A stretch of 64,000 nt of DNA from Octopus sinensis. Taxonomy: Eukaryota. Both the position numbers and the translations under genes were made by a program. Shown here piece after piece: positions 38,765 through 52,304 of this stretch. Position 1 is the stretch's first letter; every line of letters begins with the position of its first letter. The notes beneath the pieces are model-generated. The model had not been told where the DNA came from. It ran no database searches and saw only the letters and a program-made list of their open reading frames with translations. Location of the stretch: positions 16,430,001-16,494,000 of the forward strand of contig NC_042997.1 of assembly GCF_006345805.1 (NCBI RefSeq). Direction: 5' to 3'.

Positions 38765-39136
38765 CACGCTTGTACGTGTTCGCCCTGTGTCCAAGCAATA
38801 CATCTGCTTATGTGTGTGTTTGTGTGTACATGTCTGCGCGTGATTATCTGTTTGTGTAGTGATGCGTGTGAGTGTGCTTCGTTAATACGCGTGCATGGTT
38901 GCGTACGTGACCGTGCTCGCATGCGTGTACCTCCACACCTCCGAGATGTACAAGGGTGGAGGTGACTGGGGATGCGATGGCGGGCCGGTGCATATTTGGT
39001 GCGTGTGTCATCGGAACATTTAGGAACGAACGAACGAACGAATACACGATTCTAACTGCTGATTTCTCTTTCTCTCAAAAGAACGATCCGATTCAAATAT
39101 GTGTGGATTAAAAAGTCTTCTGTGAAGTAGTTGTTT

Positions 39137-39172
<36 letters not shown>

Positions 39173-39527
39173 CATATATATATACTTATTTATATATACA
39201 CTCGCCCGCGCACACGCAAATTTCAATGACCGTTTTAGCATGTTGGAATGGGGTGGAGACAAATGTATACGAAACTTGAATACTTTTAAGAGTACAGTGA
39301 CATACATCTCTTCATACACCTCTCTCTCTCACATACACAGCGCATACAAATTAGTACATACACTATGTAGTCCAAATACTTTATGAAGTGGTTTATATGT
39401 ATATGTTTATATTCTGTTGTGTAAGAATTTACTAAATATAACAAATATGCATAAGTATGTAACACTTCATGCTCTATCTGTCTATACACGTGTGTGGTAT
39501 ATACATGAATAAACTGTTTTAAATAAT

Positions 39528-39945
39528 CTTTTCTACTCTAGGCACAAGGCCCGAAATTTTGGAGGAGGGGGCCAGTCGATTAGATCGACTCCAGTACGCA
39601 TGTGGTACTTAATTTATCGACTCCGAAAGGATGAAAGGCAAAGTCGACCTCGGCGGAATTTGAACTCAGCTAAGCATTTCGCCCGGCATGCTAATGTTCC
39701 TGCCAGCTGGCCGCCTTAACTGTTTTAAATAATAATTATTTCTTTACTACCCACAAGGGGCTAAACACAGAGAGGACAGACAAACGGATTAAGTCGATTA
39801 TATCAACACCAGTGCGTAACTGGTACTTATTTAATCGACCCCGAAAGGATGAAAGGCAAAGTCGACCTCGGCGGAATTTGAACTTAGAACGTAACGGCTA
39901 CGCATTTCGCCCGGCGTGCTAACGTTTCTGCCAGCTCGCCGCCTT
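39528..39945 (-). mobile_element. Two different family A SINE subtypes in tandem at one target site
   Basis: AACTGTTTTAAATAAT occurs at 39512, 39718 and 39946, bracketing each copy. Confidence 0.9.
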
Positions 39946-40930
39946 AACTGTTTTAAATAATAATATAACTCCTACTAAATCCGTTGAGTGCCTCTTTCGT
40001 TTTTTCTCCCAACCATATGGTTCAGGGTTCAGTCCCACTGCGTGGCACTTTGAGCAAATGTCTTCTGTAGCCTCGGGCCGGGCAAAGCCTTGAGTGGATT
40101 TGGTAAACGGAAACAGAAAGAAGTTCGTCGAATACTAGAAAATTAATTGCATTGGTACCTGAGATAAACTCTTGTTTATCCTGTTGTTACCTGCACTCGA
40201 TGTATATGGTGTCCCTGCACACCAATGCCCGGGGATAATACAGGTAACGGATACCGATAGTATATACGGATATTTTATCCTTTAGTCGGTTACTATAACC
40301 GCTAACTCTCTCGCTCTCTGTAGACAACCGGTGTTGGTGTGTTTACGTCCCCCGTAACTTAGCGGTTCGGCAAAAGAGATAGAATAAGTGCCAGGCTTAA
40401 AAAAAGAAAAAAAAAACAGTACTGGAGTTGATTCGTTCGAGTAATAGTTTTTCAAGGCGCTAACTACAGCCTGGCCGCAGTCTAATAACCGAAGCAAATA
40501 ACAGTTTTATACACACGAGAGTAGATGGATAAACGAAAGAAAGTAGCACTCAATACATTTACTTGGAGTTGTATTTAATAACAGATGCTAGCATGGAAGG
40601 CGGACTTTAAACGATGATGATGACTGACACGACTCCAGTATTACATCAAATTTTGTAGGCGCAGATACGTGTCTCCACCATCGCATATACAGAGTGTACA
40701 TGCTGCAAATGTAAAACAATATCATGTGCACTTCTTAACCCTTCAGCTCCGACTTCAAAGCTGCCTTTGATGCTATCCTATTGAAGATCGTGACAGCAAT
40801 AAGTGTAGGCCACCAACTTAAGTGCCATCATCTGAATAAACAAATATTTTCACTCTACATTATATTATTGAGTACTTTAAATAGTGGATTTTCCATTTTA
40901 TAGATGGGTATTTACCTATATATGTATGTT

Positions 40931-41011
<81 letters not shown>

Positions 41012-41019
<8 letters not shown>

Positions 41020-41317
41020 TATAATGTGTATGTGTGTGTGTGTGAATGTATAATGTGTATATGTGTGTGTGTTGTGAATGTATAATGTGTATATGTGTGT
41101 GTGTGAATGTATAATGTGTGTGTGTGTGTGTGTGAATGTATAATGTGTATATGTGTGTGTGTGAATGTATAATGTGTATATGTGTGTGAATGTATATGTG
41201 TGTGAATGTATAATGTGTATATGTGTGTGTGTTTGTGTGAATGTATAATGTGTATATGTGTGTGTGTGTGAATGTATAATGTGTATGTGTGTGTGTGTGA
41301 ATGTATAATGTGTATAT
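41012..41317. repeat. Compound minisatellite GTGAATGTATAATGTGTATAT(GT)n, about 10-11 units
   Basis: Repeated GAATGTATAAT cores with variable GT spacers, about 30-bp period. Confidence 0.9.
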
Positions 41318-42209
41318 GCATATATATATGTATTTATATATACACAAACACATATGCATTGCCAGACTTCTTTCAGTTTTTCTCTGTTAAATTCACTTGA
41401 AAAGCTTTGGTTTGCTGGAGCTGTAGCTGAAGACACTTGCCCAAAGTTCCACACAGTAGGATTGAACCCCAAAACATGTGGCTAGGTAGCGAATCTTTTA
41501 ATCACACAACAATGTATGTGTACGAACACGCATGTGTGTTATTTTATATCCTTTCTTAATTCATACCACTAAATAATGTAAACTTCATTGAAAACCAGTG
41601 CTCTCCAAATCAAGTTCTTTGTGAAAAGAAAGTTACAGACACTGCCTTGTTGCTTTTGCCATCCAAAATGTAGTTAACAATGTGGCTATTATTCTTAAAT
41701 TGTGATATAAATAAATAAATATATGATAAGATGTCAATGGAACCCATATATGGTAACTTTGCTGGGAGGTTTTCATTCTTGACATAATTTTAAGCGATAT
41801 ATACTCTTGGTTGCATTGCTCCTATTTGTTTGGACATGAACTCGCCAGGAAGCAACTGACTGAGCATACGAAATGTTCAGTAGGGTGTTGACACCCGTAG
41901 CTAACAGTTGCATACTGTCCTTCTCTTCCAGATTGTGAAAGCTTACCATAACGTTTAACTACAATGAAATATTAAGACTTCATTTTTTTTTATGGGTATA
42001 TATGGGTTTAAGGCTTTGCTGATGTTAAGGCTAACAGTCTTCTTTTCATGGATGTTCTTAAAAGAAGGAGACCACTAGTGAATGTGTCACACATCAGGAA
42101 GCAAGTAGATTCAGCTTTATGGAAACTGTACTTATAGCCATGAAAACTAGAGAGGGTCTTGAGATACTGGAAGTGAGAATGATAAGTCTGTTTTTGGCAG
42201 GTTCTTTAA

Positions 42210-42428
42210 CCCTTTAGTGTTCAGATTATTCTATCAAACATAATGCCTATTGATTCACATTGATTTGAATTAATCACGCATTATCTCATATCTTCAAGAT
42301 CTTGATGGTGTAATTACTTAATGTAGAATAACATTGTAGGGTAGGTGTGAGAGCCTGGATCTGGTCAGTTTGAACATAAAACAGATTAACTATTTTGGCC
42401 AGATATGGCCGGTTTAAATACTAAAGGG
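42210..42428. mobile_element. TTAA-flanked (piggyBac-type) MITE
   Basis: TTAA|CCCTTTAG...CTAAAGGG|TTAA; a related inverted copy lies at 45603-45823 and a partial one at about 53100-53215. Confidence 0.8.
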
Positions 42429-42886
42429 TTAAAATGGGAATACTGTAACATATTTCCATAAAATGGAATAGATACCTGTTAAGAAAAGTTGAAAAGTTTG
42501 GTAAGTGTAGGAGTGCACTGTTTGAAGGTAACAGTGAAAACACTACCAGGATTAGTTTGATTGTGTTGGTTTGAATAAAGTTTTAAACCTTGTCACTGAA
42601 CTTTGTGCAAGTAGTGGGGAGATAGATGGAGAAAAGTAGACTGAAATGAGTTTCGTTGTTGTTGTGTGAATGTTGCATTGTAGAATTAAAAGCAGAATTG
42701 CAAAAAGTTTTTTTTTTTTCAGCAGGAAATGTAATGCATAAATGTTTGTTTAGGAGGAGTAGATATTTGGTGGGTTCTGTAAATTTTGCATAGACATTCT
42801 TGGTGCAGCACTTGAATGCTTGGTTCCAATTTGAGAGGTGCAAGAGCTTGTGGGGCATGCAATAATTGAGTACTTTCTTTGACTTT

Positions 42887-43092
42887 TACTCTTTACTCTT
42901 TTACTCTTTTACTTGTTTCAGTCATTTGACTGCGGCCATGCTGGAGCACTGCCTTAAGACCCCGGGATTTATTCTTTGTAAGCCCAGTACTTATCCTATC
43001 GGTCTCTTTTGCCGAACCGCTAAGTGACGGGGACGTAAACACACCAGCATCGGTTGTCAAGCAATGCTAGGGGGACAAACACAGACACACAA

Positions 43093-43123
<31 letters not shown>

Positions 43124-43292
43124 CACATATAACAGGCTTCTTTCAGTTTCCGTCTACCAAATCCACTCACAAGGCATTGGTCGGCCCGGGGCTATAGCAG
43201 AAGACACTTGCCCAAGGTGCCACGCAGTGGGACTGAACCTGGAACCATGTGGTTGGTTAGCAAGCTACTTACCACACAGCCACTCCTGTGCC
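42887..43292 (-). mobile_element. Full-length SINE family B with a 112-bp direct flank repeat
   Basis: 42775-42886 is identical to 43296-43407; tail (TTTTACTC)n. Confidence 0.92.
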
Positions 43293-45602
43293 ATATTCTG
43301 TAAATTTTGCATAGACATTCTTGGTGCAGCACTTGAATGCTTGGTTCCAATTTGAGAGGTGCAAGAGCTTGTGGGGCATGCAATAATTGAGTACTTTCTT
43401 TGACTTTCTTTATAATTGTCCTGAAGTAATTAGTAATGGTTGTCTTTCTCAAGGTTTTATAAAAAAAAATCTTCCTTTACTTGTGTTACTATAAACTAGC
43501 TAAGTATGAACCACTTGGGAGTTTATAAGTTTTGAGTTTTAGTTAGGTGTGGAGGGCCAGTACCTAAGAGGATGGGGGTTTCAATTTGTTGGTCAGGACA
43601 AGATACAGGTAAGGATGCCTACTCATGCAGATAGTTCAGAATAGCAAATGATTTTTACCTCTTCTAGTTATCAAGGTGTGGGAGAAGAATTGTATACATT
43701 GACAAAACTGAGATTTGCAAGAATAGGAGTCAAATCTTTAAAATCACAGTCACTTTAAAGGACATTGGATAATGTGCTTATAGAAGCATTATTATTGAAA
43801 GGAAGATGGGATTGCCTTTGATTAGGTTTGTTTGATCATGGTACAATAACAACAAAATCAGAGAAAGAGGTGAGTTAGAATAGGTGCCCTTAATATAGGA
43901 AGAGAGTGTTGAATAGCAGCTGGTGGGTGGTGTTTGGAATGTTGTAGTGAAAGCTGATTAATTCAGAGGAAGAGTTTTCGAACCAGGGTAACTGGAAGTC
44001 TTTGTTGCTGATATCCCAGGTGTGAGAGGTGAATGGTAGAGAGGTAGGACAAACACATACGCGCACACACACACATACCCCCTACCTTTTTCAGGTATAG
44101 CTTAGACAACAAGGATGGGTTAGAGATAGATGATGAAAGATTTGTAGCCATGAGAGGAATACATGGCTTAAATTGTATCAGTGTTGAACAGAAGGCTACT
44201 TGGATAGAAGAAGAGAAATTGTTCAACAAACTTAATATTTCTTTTGTAATTGACCTATTATTGTTAGTTTTCCTGAGTATATTTTGGTTGGAAGAACTAG
44301 AAAAAACCATGGCTAATGTGTTGTCTCACACCACTATGTGTAATAAGCACAACTGGAGGTTAGTGAGTTCAGGTGCACCTTTTGAAAACCTATGCTCACT
44401 AAGACCTATTATATACTAGAAAAGAAGAGTATAAAGGATTTTATTCCAGTTAAAAGAACATCACCAGTCATCCACAGATTTGGGTCACTATTCTGTCAGA
44501 ACTCCTCCACTGAGGAAACCATTTCCATTTGTATTCCTGACAATGGTACTATGTAAGGAAAGATGTTTAACTCCAAGTTATCCCTGATCAAACAGATCTG
44601 TGATTAAAGGCATTCTGACTTATCATCTGTTTTCTTTTTCAGACATTGTATACCTCGGCCTATATTATGCATTGTGACCCTTATTATTTGACAGAGAATA
44701 CACTGTTATTTTTAGCAGATCATGTAACTGCATACATAAACTAGACATTTCCTTGGCTCTCAAGGAAAGATTAAGTCAAAAATTACATTAAGGGCTGCTA
44801 AATTGGTGGTGGTGGGTTTTTTTTTCTTCCATTCTCTCGATTTTGTTGTGGTAGTAACATTCACACACACAAACAAACAAAGCTATGATATACCTCAGAA
44901 TAAACCTGTGTTGCATGCTACACAGGACAATTGTAAATGACTGTGGGTAGAAAAAGAGGGATCAGTTGAACTAGTTTCAGTTATTGCTGTGATTTCATTG
45001 TCAGTTATTGTACCCTTCTCTACATCCACAGTAATACTGTATTTATAGCTACTACTGTTTGCAACTATATTAAATAGGGTACACTGATTTATATAATATA
45101 ATTGATTCACATGTTCATTGTGGTTAGTTCAAGTATCTGAATTACTGATATGTTAGTGTTTGTTTTGAAGCAATGATATATCACAGGATAAACCTATAGA
45201 TTTTAAAGCCAGTTCTGCAAGTGTTAATTGATAAAAAATAATAAAATACACCTAATTGTTGTAAATATGACAGTTGTCTATGACTGTCCTGAGCGTCTAG
45301 TTCTCTTTATTTAACTTACACTTGGTATATAGAATAACTTCAAAAACAAATGTTACTAATGCATCGGTAATATATATGTATGTGTGAGTTTGTATGTGTA
45401 TATGGAAAGAAGTAGTGTGTGTGTGAGAAGAGGAATCAATAAAGAGAATCAAATGATAGTTATATAAGAAAAACTTGACTGGGGATGGGACAACACAAGC
45501 AATTCTGTAAACTAGATGTGGCTGAGATGGGATCCAGTGGGCCATGATAATCTTTCATTATACACCTTATTTACATTAAGGATACAGCTATAAGAATATT
45601 AA

Positions 45603-45823
45603 CTCTTTAGCATTTAAACCGGCCATATTCGGACAAAAGTATTCTGCCTGTTTTATGTTCAAACTAGCCAGATCTGGTCTTTCACACCAATCCTACAATA
45701 TCGTCTTGAAAATGAACAGCTACCTCATCAAAATCTCAAAGCTACAAGATAATGCCTGATTAGTTCTAGGCAATATGGATGAAAAAGCATTAATTTTGGT
45801 AGGATAATGCGAACACTAAAGGG
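45603..45823. mobile_element. TTAA-flanked (piggyBac-type) MITE
   Basis: TTAA|CTCTTTAG...CTAAAGGG|TTAA. Confidence 0.8.
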
Positions 45824-46574
45824 TTAAATAGACCCTAGTACTTTATTTTACTGACCTGGAAAGATGGAACAGAAGGTTGACCTTGGTCAAGAGCCAATAC
45901 AAAATACCACAAGTATTTTTTTCTCTTTCTCTAATAATTCTGTAGCTTCACCATCTATAAGTTTAGTTGGTCAGTTATTGTATGTAGGAACATGTTAACA
46001 TAAGTGTCTGACTATTAAACCTTGAATGAATGAATTGTGAGGAAGGGGCAGGGGACAAGCTTTATCATGTATAGTTTTTTTTTTTAGCAAGAAATCAGTC
46101 ATTAAGCTTAAATTAGATACAAATGGGAGGTGGACCAAAAAGATATGAATGTTTTTTGGATGTTTGGAATAAAAGTTGAAAACATTAAAAATGGTTTTTA
46201 AGCTATGTACTGTAAAAGTGAATTGAAGAAAGAAAAAAAAGCTAGTTTAAGATTTGCATAATAAAATGAATTGTTAGTTAATAGATTCATCATGTTTTAG
46301 TTGGTTAGCTATTGTATGTGTCTCATATGTGCATTTTCCAGTTGAGTGAATTTCTGTATATTTTTGTGAGAACAAATAAGTCTTTCAAATTGATTTTGCT
46401 TAGTTACAGTGTTACAAGAAAATCTTATTATATTTGAAATTATTAGAGCTTTTATTTCCCCATGTTCTGGTTATTCACACTTGTAAATGCTTGTTCTGAC
46501 ATTTTTTTTAGATACAATTAGTCAAGGGTGAGGAGTGGGCAGAGATATCTACTTACTTAAGCTCTTTAGAGCTC

Positions 46575-46844
46575 TATATTTAAGAGATGAGGAATTATGT
46601 ACATTATTTACATTTGACGGATATTTGTCCTCGTCTTGTTTGTTGTTAACACAATGTTTCAGCTGATATACCCTCCAGCCTTCATCAGGTGTCTTGAAAT
46701 TTTGAATCATGGGTTCTCATTCCTAAGGTATTTTTTGATGATACTACTATTATTATTATTTTTTTATTATTCAGGTCACTGCCTGGAATTGAACTCGGAA
46801 TCTTGGGGTTAGTAGCCTGCGCTCTTAACCATTATGCCATATGC
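46575..46844 (-). mobile_element. tRNA-headed SINE (family E) carrying a hammerhead motif in its 3' half
   Basis: A box TGGCATAATGG, B box AGTTCAATTCC, (AAT)n linker, then GACAC-CTGATGA-A-GGCTG..CAGCT-GAA-ACAT-T-GTGTT at 46693-46648; short flanking repeat GCTCTTTA at 46561 and 46843. Confidence 0.8.
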
Positions 46845-46845
46845 T

Positions 46846-47344
46846 CTTTACTTCCTATGGAGCTGTGACTCTCAATGTCTTTTCTCCATTGTTCTCAATG
46901 CTGGGCTATCTTTTCTGCTTCTCTTCAATTTGACTCTTGTGTTTTCAGCTCTACTTCAGTATCCCACCTTTAGTTATTCTTAGAGCACCCTCTTTTCCAC
47001 TTCCCTTATGGGTACCAGGTCAGTGCCTGACTTGTGAATGCAGGATGTTGGTTTCCTAAAGGCATCGCCTGTCCATCCTTTCAAATTTTGATGCAGCACA
47101 TATGTTTCCCTGAGGAAAAGCCTTTCTCTCTCTCGTTTTATTGGTTTTGAACTGTCACTGATGCTTCTGTGACTTTGTTTTTTTTTTCTTGGTAGGGGTG
47201 TTGGTCCTACACCAACCTATTTTCACCTTTGGTCTCTATCCTCTGACCTTTTCAGCATGGGAGGTCCTATTAGGACTGTGCACATAACTGGTACAGCTCT
47301 CAGGGTTATTGAGGTACACAAGCCACCACATCACAACAGGGACA
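46846..47344 (-). mobile_element. Bipartite non-autonomous RTE derivative (5' UTR joined to ORF2 3' end)
   Basis: The 3' part reads QALTWYP*GKWKRG...EAEKIAQH*EQWRK (RTE C-terminus); the 5' part resembles the start of the copy at 61842-62113. Confidence 0.6.
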
Positions 47345-48514
47345 GATATCTATTAGTGCAGAGATATCTGTTGCTAGATTTTAGCCTTGTCTTTGAGCAT
47401 TCCCTCTAGTTTATTTGTCTGTATTGACAGCTATTCCAAAATATGGTATATTGACCATATTTTTTCCCTACTTCTGGGATTTTGTAATTGTTGTTGTTTA
47501 ACACTGGGTCAGCAATGGTTGAGTAGACCTATGATCAAAAGAATTCTGGTTATCACCATCCATTCCATCTTAGGCATTGTTTACCTAATACTGTATATTT
47601 CAGTATAGGATTATGAGGTGTGATTTGAAGGAAATTTGGTGCTTCTTCTAGTAGGACAGACTTTACACAGAGGTTCTCTTGTTAGTTTGTGGATCTTGCA
47701 ATACCTTTCATAGGATGTGGCCATATTGATTTGGTTAAAATTAGACAGCCATATGTGATATCCTTTATTATTTGATCATTTTCTATATATTACGTAGAAT
47801 TTCTGGTTACTGTTTAATTGTATCATATTGTTTATGCTTAGTCCTTGGTTTGTACCTAATTTTGGGGAGATGAGCATGGCTTGTCAAAGCAAGGACAACT
47901 TGATATTACTTGACTGAAGATTTTTATTTAGTAATTTTTTACCATTTACATTTGAATGAAAAGTTGGATGTTGGTTGAAATGTCTAGCTCAAGTATTATT
48001 TCTGTTGGAACATCTTAATAATAAGAATGCTTTGTAGTATTTCCGTTTTCAAATCCTGTGATGGTCAACTATGCTTTCATTGTTTTGTGGGTTGATAAAA
48101 TATAGCACCAATCAAGTACTAGGACTTATGCAATTCACTATATCCTTCTGTTGAAAAGTGCTGGCCTTCTGTCTGAATTAGAAATAATAATTATTGGGAT
48201 AATCAGTGAATAGCAGACATGAGTTCAAATTGTATCAAGGTTGGCTTTACCTTCCTTTTGGGGTTGATAAAATAAGTGCTAGTTGAACACTGGGGTTGAT
48301 GTAATCAAATAGTCCACTGCCCCAAAATTTCAGACCCTGTGTCTATAGCAGAAAGGATTATTTAGTTGTCTCTTAGCTATTCAAATCTGTTTGTGCTCAT
48401 AAAAGTAAATACCAGTGAGTTACTGAGGATCACTTTAATCAACTGTCTTCCCTCTTGTCTTTTGTCTTTTCTCTTTGGTTAGGGTCTCTATTTTTACTGT
48501 TCCCTATGGCTGTC

Positions 48515-48863
48515 TGTGAAAGCATAAAGCTCAGTGGTTAGAGCGTCATGCTCACAATCATGAGGTTGTGAGTTTGATTCCTGGACTGGGCTGTGTGTTG
48601 TATTCTTGAGCAAGATACTTTATTTCATGTTGCTCCAGTCCACTCAGCTGTAGAAATGAGTTGCGACATCACAGGTGCCAAGCTGTATCGGCCTTTGCCT
48701 TTCCCTTGGATAACATCAGTGGTGTGGAGATGGGAGGCTGGTATGCATAGGTGACTGCTGGTCTTCCATAAAACAACTTTGCCTGGACTTGTGCCTCAGA
48801 GGGGAGCTTTCTAGGTGCAATCCTACAGTCATTTGTGACTGAAGGGGGTCTTTACCCTTTTAC
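48515..48863 (+). mobile_element. tRNA-derived SINE family D
   Basis: Head AGCTCAGTGGTTAGAGCGTC..GAGTTTGATTCC, a conserved-domain-like TTCTTGAGCAAGATACTTT middle and a CTTTACCCTTTTAC tail. Confidence 0.8.
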
Positions 48864-49354
48864 TATGGTTATCTGCCCTTTTTTCTTGATCATTGTAAAA
48901 TAATAGGTTACAACTGCTGCTCAGAGACTCTGGTTGGCCCTGCCCTGGTGAAAAACATCACTCAGCTTTTTGGTGCCCGACATTGTTGTCAGCCTCTGAG
49001 GCCATTAGCATGAAGACAGGGCAATTTCTTCTTTTCTGGTTATCATTGGAGCTGCAACAGGTGGTGCTATGCTGCAATAACCATAGTCTTCATTCAGGAC
49101 CTTGCATCTGCTTCAGTCTGACACAGTTTCCCCTCTTTTTTCTTATACTTTTCCTTCTCTAGGCTGAAGGCTCTAAAGTGGCTGCTACTGTCATATACAT
49201 AGCAACTAGGCCTTTGCCATAACCATTTTATTGATTTCCTCTCTAGTCCCACAATGAAACACAACTCTGAGATAACCTTTTGGTCTTTGGTGACATTGAT
49301 TTCTAACATAGGCACAAGGTTACAACATCTGGGGAGAGAACATAGTTGATTATA

Positions 49355-50261
49355 AGGCGGATGAGCTGGCGAAATGCTTAGCTGTATTTTGTCTGTCTTT
49401 ACATTCTGAGTTCAAATTCCATCAAGGTCGACTTTGCCTTTCATCCTCTCAGGGTCGATAAATTGAGTACCAGCTGTGTACTGAGGTTGATCTAATCGAC
49501 TGACCCCCCTCCCCAAAAATTTTGGGCTTTGTGCCTAGAGTAGAAAAGATTAGTTTATTATATCAACCCTATTCTCTCCTGTTGGGTATTTTGTCTAATG
49601 TGCTACTGATTCTAATAATAATGATAGTTTCAAATTTTGGCTCAAGGTCGGCAATTTTAGTGGAGGGGGTTAGTTAACCATATTGACTCTAGTACTTGAT
49701 TGGTACTTATTTTATCAACCCTGAAAAGATGAAAGGCAAAGTTGGACCTTGGTGACATTTGAACTCAGAATGTAAAGAACTGGAAGAAATGCTGTTTGCC
49801 TGACATGCTAAGGATTGTGCAATCACATTGTTTATGTAATAATAATTATAATAACAATAGGCGCAGGAGTGGCTGTGTGGTAAGTAGCTTGCTTACCAAC
49901 CACATGGTTCCGGGTTCAGTCCCACTGTGTAGCACCTTGGGCAAGTGTCTTCTACTATAGCCTCAGGTCAACCAAAGCCTTGTGAGTGGATTTGGTAGAC
50001 GGAAACTGAAAGAAGCTTGTCGTATATATGTATATATATATATCTGTGTTTGTGTGTCTGTGTTTTTCCCCCCAACATCACTTGACAACCGATGCTGGTG
50101 TGTTTATGTCCCCATAACTTAGTGGTTTGGCAAAAGAGACCGATAAAATAAGTACTAGGCTTACAAGGAATAAGTCCTGGGGTCGATTTGCTCGACTAAA
50201 AGGCGGTGCTCCAGCATGGCCACAGTCAAATGACTGAAACAAGTAAAAGAAAGTAAAAGAG

Positions 50262-50307
<46 letters not shown>

Positions 50308-51650
50308 TCCTTTCTACTGTGGTTACAAGACCTGAAATTTTGGTGGAGGGGGCTAGTTGATTACATCATCCCTAGTGTTCAACTGGTACATATTTTATTG
50401 ACCCTGAAAGAATGAAAGGCAAAGTAGCCTTGGTGGAATTTGAACTCAGAATGTAAAGATGAACAAAATGCCGCTAAGCATTTTGTCCTGTGTGCTAATG
50501 ATTCTGCCAGCTTGGCATCTTAAAATAATAATAATAATGGTTCCTAATTCAGGTACAAGCCCAGTAATTTTGAAGGGAGGGAGTAAGTTGATATCATCCA
50601 CCCCAATACTAATAATTTATTTTACTGTCCCTGGAGAGCCAAAAGAAAATTGATCTGGTTCAATTTGAACTCAGAATATAAAGGGCTGAAAGAAATGCTA
50701 CAAGGCATTATTTCTGATGATCTAGTGATTTTACTAGCTTGCTACCTTTAATAATGGTTTCTGATTTAGGAGGGAATTAATTGTCACCAGTGCTTGACTG
50801 ACCCTTTATTCAATTAACCCTGGAAAAGTGAAAGGCAAAGTCAACCTTGGTGAGATTTGAACTTAGAATGTAAAAAGTTGGAAGAAATACTGCAAACTAT
50901 TTTCCCCCAAAGTTCTCCTGAAATTAGGAAGAATAGGGGCTACTGGATACTTTGGTCCCCCACTCCAACTAGTACATAATTTTATTATCCCTGGTGGGTA
51001 TGAAAGGCAAAGTTGAATTCAGTGGTTTTTGAACCCAGAATATAAAAATCCAGACCAAATACTGCAAGGTATTTTTTCTGATAATAATCATAATAATCCT
51101 TTCTTCTATAGACACAAGGTCTAAAATTTGGGGTAGGGCAGTTGATTACATCGACCCCAGTACTCGACTGGTACTTATTTTATCGATCCTGAAAGGATGA
51201 AGGGCAAAGTCGACCCCGGTGGAATTTGAACTCAGAACGTAGCAACGGGTGAAATACCATTAAGCATTCTGTCCAGCATGCTAATGATTCTGCCAGCTCA
51301 CTACCTTCCATAGTAATATGGTCAAATGTCTTCTACTATAGCCTTGAGTTGACCAAAGCCTTGTGAGTGGATTTGGAAGACGGAAACTAAAAGAAGCCTG
51401 TCGCATATATATATATATATTTATGTGTGCGTGTCTTTGTGTCTGTGTTTGTCCCCTCACCAGCACTTGACAACTGATGTTGGTCTGTTTATGTCCCTGT
51501 AACTTAGAAGTTTGGCAAAAGAGACCAATATAAGTACTAGGCTTACAAAGAATAAGTCATAGCATTGATTTCTTTGACTAAAAAAACCTTTAAGGTGATG
51601 CTCCAGCATGGCTGCAGTAAAATGACTGAAACAAGTAAAAGAATAAAAGA
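49355..51650. mobile_element. Dense cluster of family A (mostly minus) and family B (plus) SINEs separated by (AAT)n
   Basis: Repeated GGATGAAAGGCAAAGT/TTTGAACTCAGAA motifs with heavy CpG decay; full family B copy at 49860-50260. Confidence 0.85.
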
Positions 51651-52304
51651 ATACAAATGAAAAATTTGTTTTATTTAATTTCATTTTAAGGTAATAAATA
51701 TTTTTCTTTCCGAAGTTAGTTTTTGTTTCATCATTTTTCTATAAGCACCAAGCAATTTGATAGAACTTAAATCATAATTATATATGTATGCCATATTTCC
51801 TAATATTACCTAAGGTGGTAAAAACATACATCTGAAGTTACCTGTCATATTACGAGCAACGTTCTAACAGTAGTAATAATAATGATTTCTTTATTTGCTG
51901 CAAAGGCAACACAAATACAAGACATTTAAATACACTAACAAGTTCAAGATATTTAGGGGCGTACATATTTTATCAATATGCTATCCACAAAGGTAGAAAT
52001 TGGGAGGGGGTGTAGTCAGTTTAATTCATTCCAATATTTCAATGGTACACAGTTTATTAATGCTGTAATGTTGAAACTGGATGCTATGTGAATGCAGAAT
52101 GTGAAGAAACGTAGCATAATAAGCATTTTGTCCAATGTTTGTTCTGTTGATTTTTGCCTTTGCATAATGTCTGAATTTAACCCTTGGTTATACACTTTTT
52201 GGGGAGGAGCAATGCTGTCTTAACTGTGTAGCATCCAGACTATCCTGTCAAACATAATAATGCTCATTAATTCACATTGTTTTGAAATAATCATGCACTA
52301 CAGC

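Noticed and set aside
41846-41885. CTGACTGAGCATACGAAATGTTCAG as another hammerhead
   Set aside because: The core spacing is wrong and there is no stem I or III; it is a simple hairpin.
43500-44420. ORFs 43963-44310 and 44150-44419 as host exons
   Set aside because: There is no homology or clear splice context; this is probably a very old LINE remnant that I could not assign.
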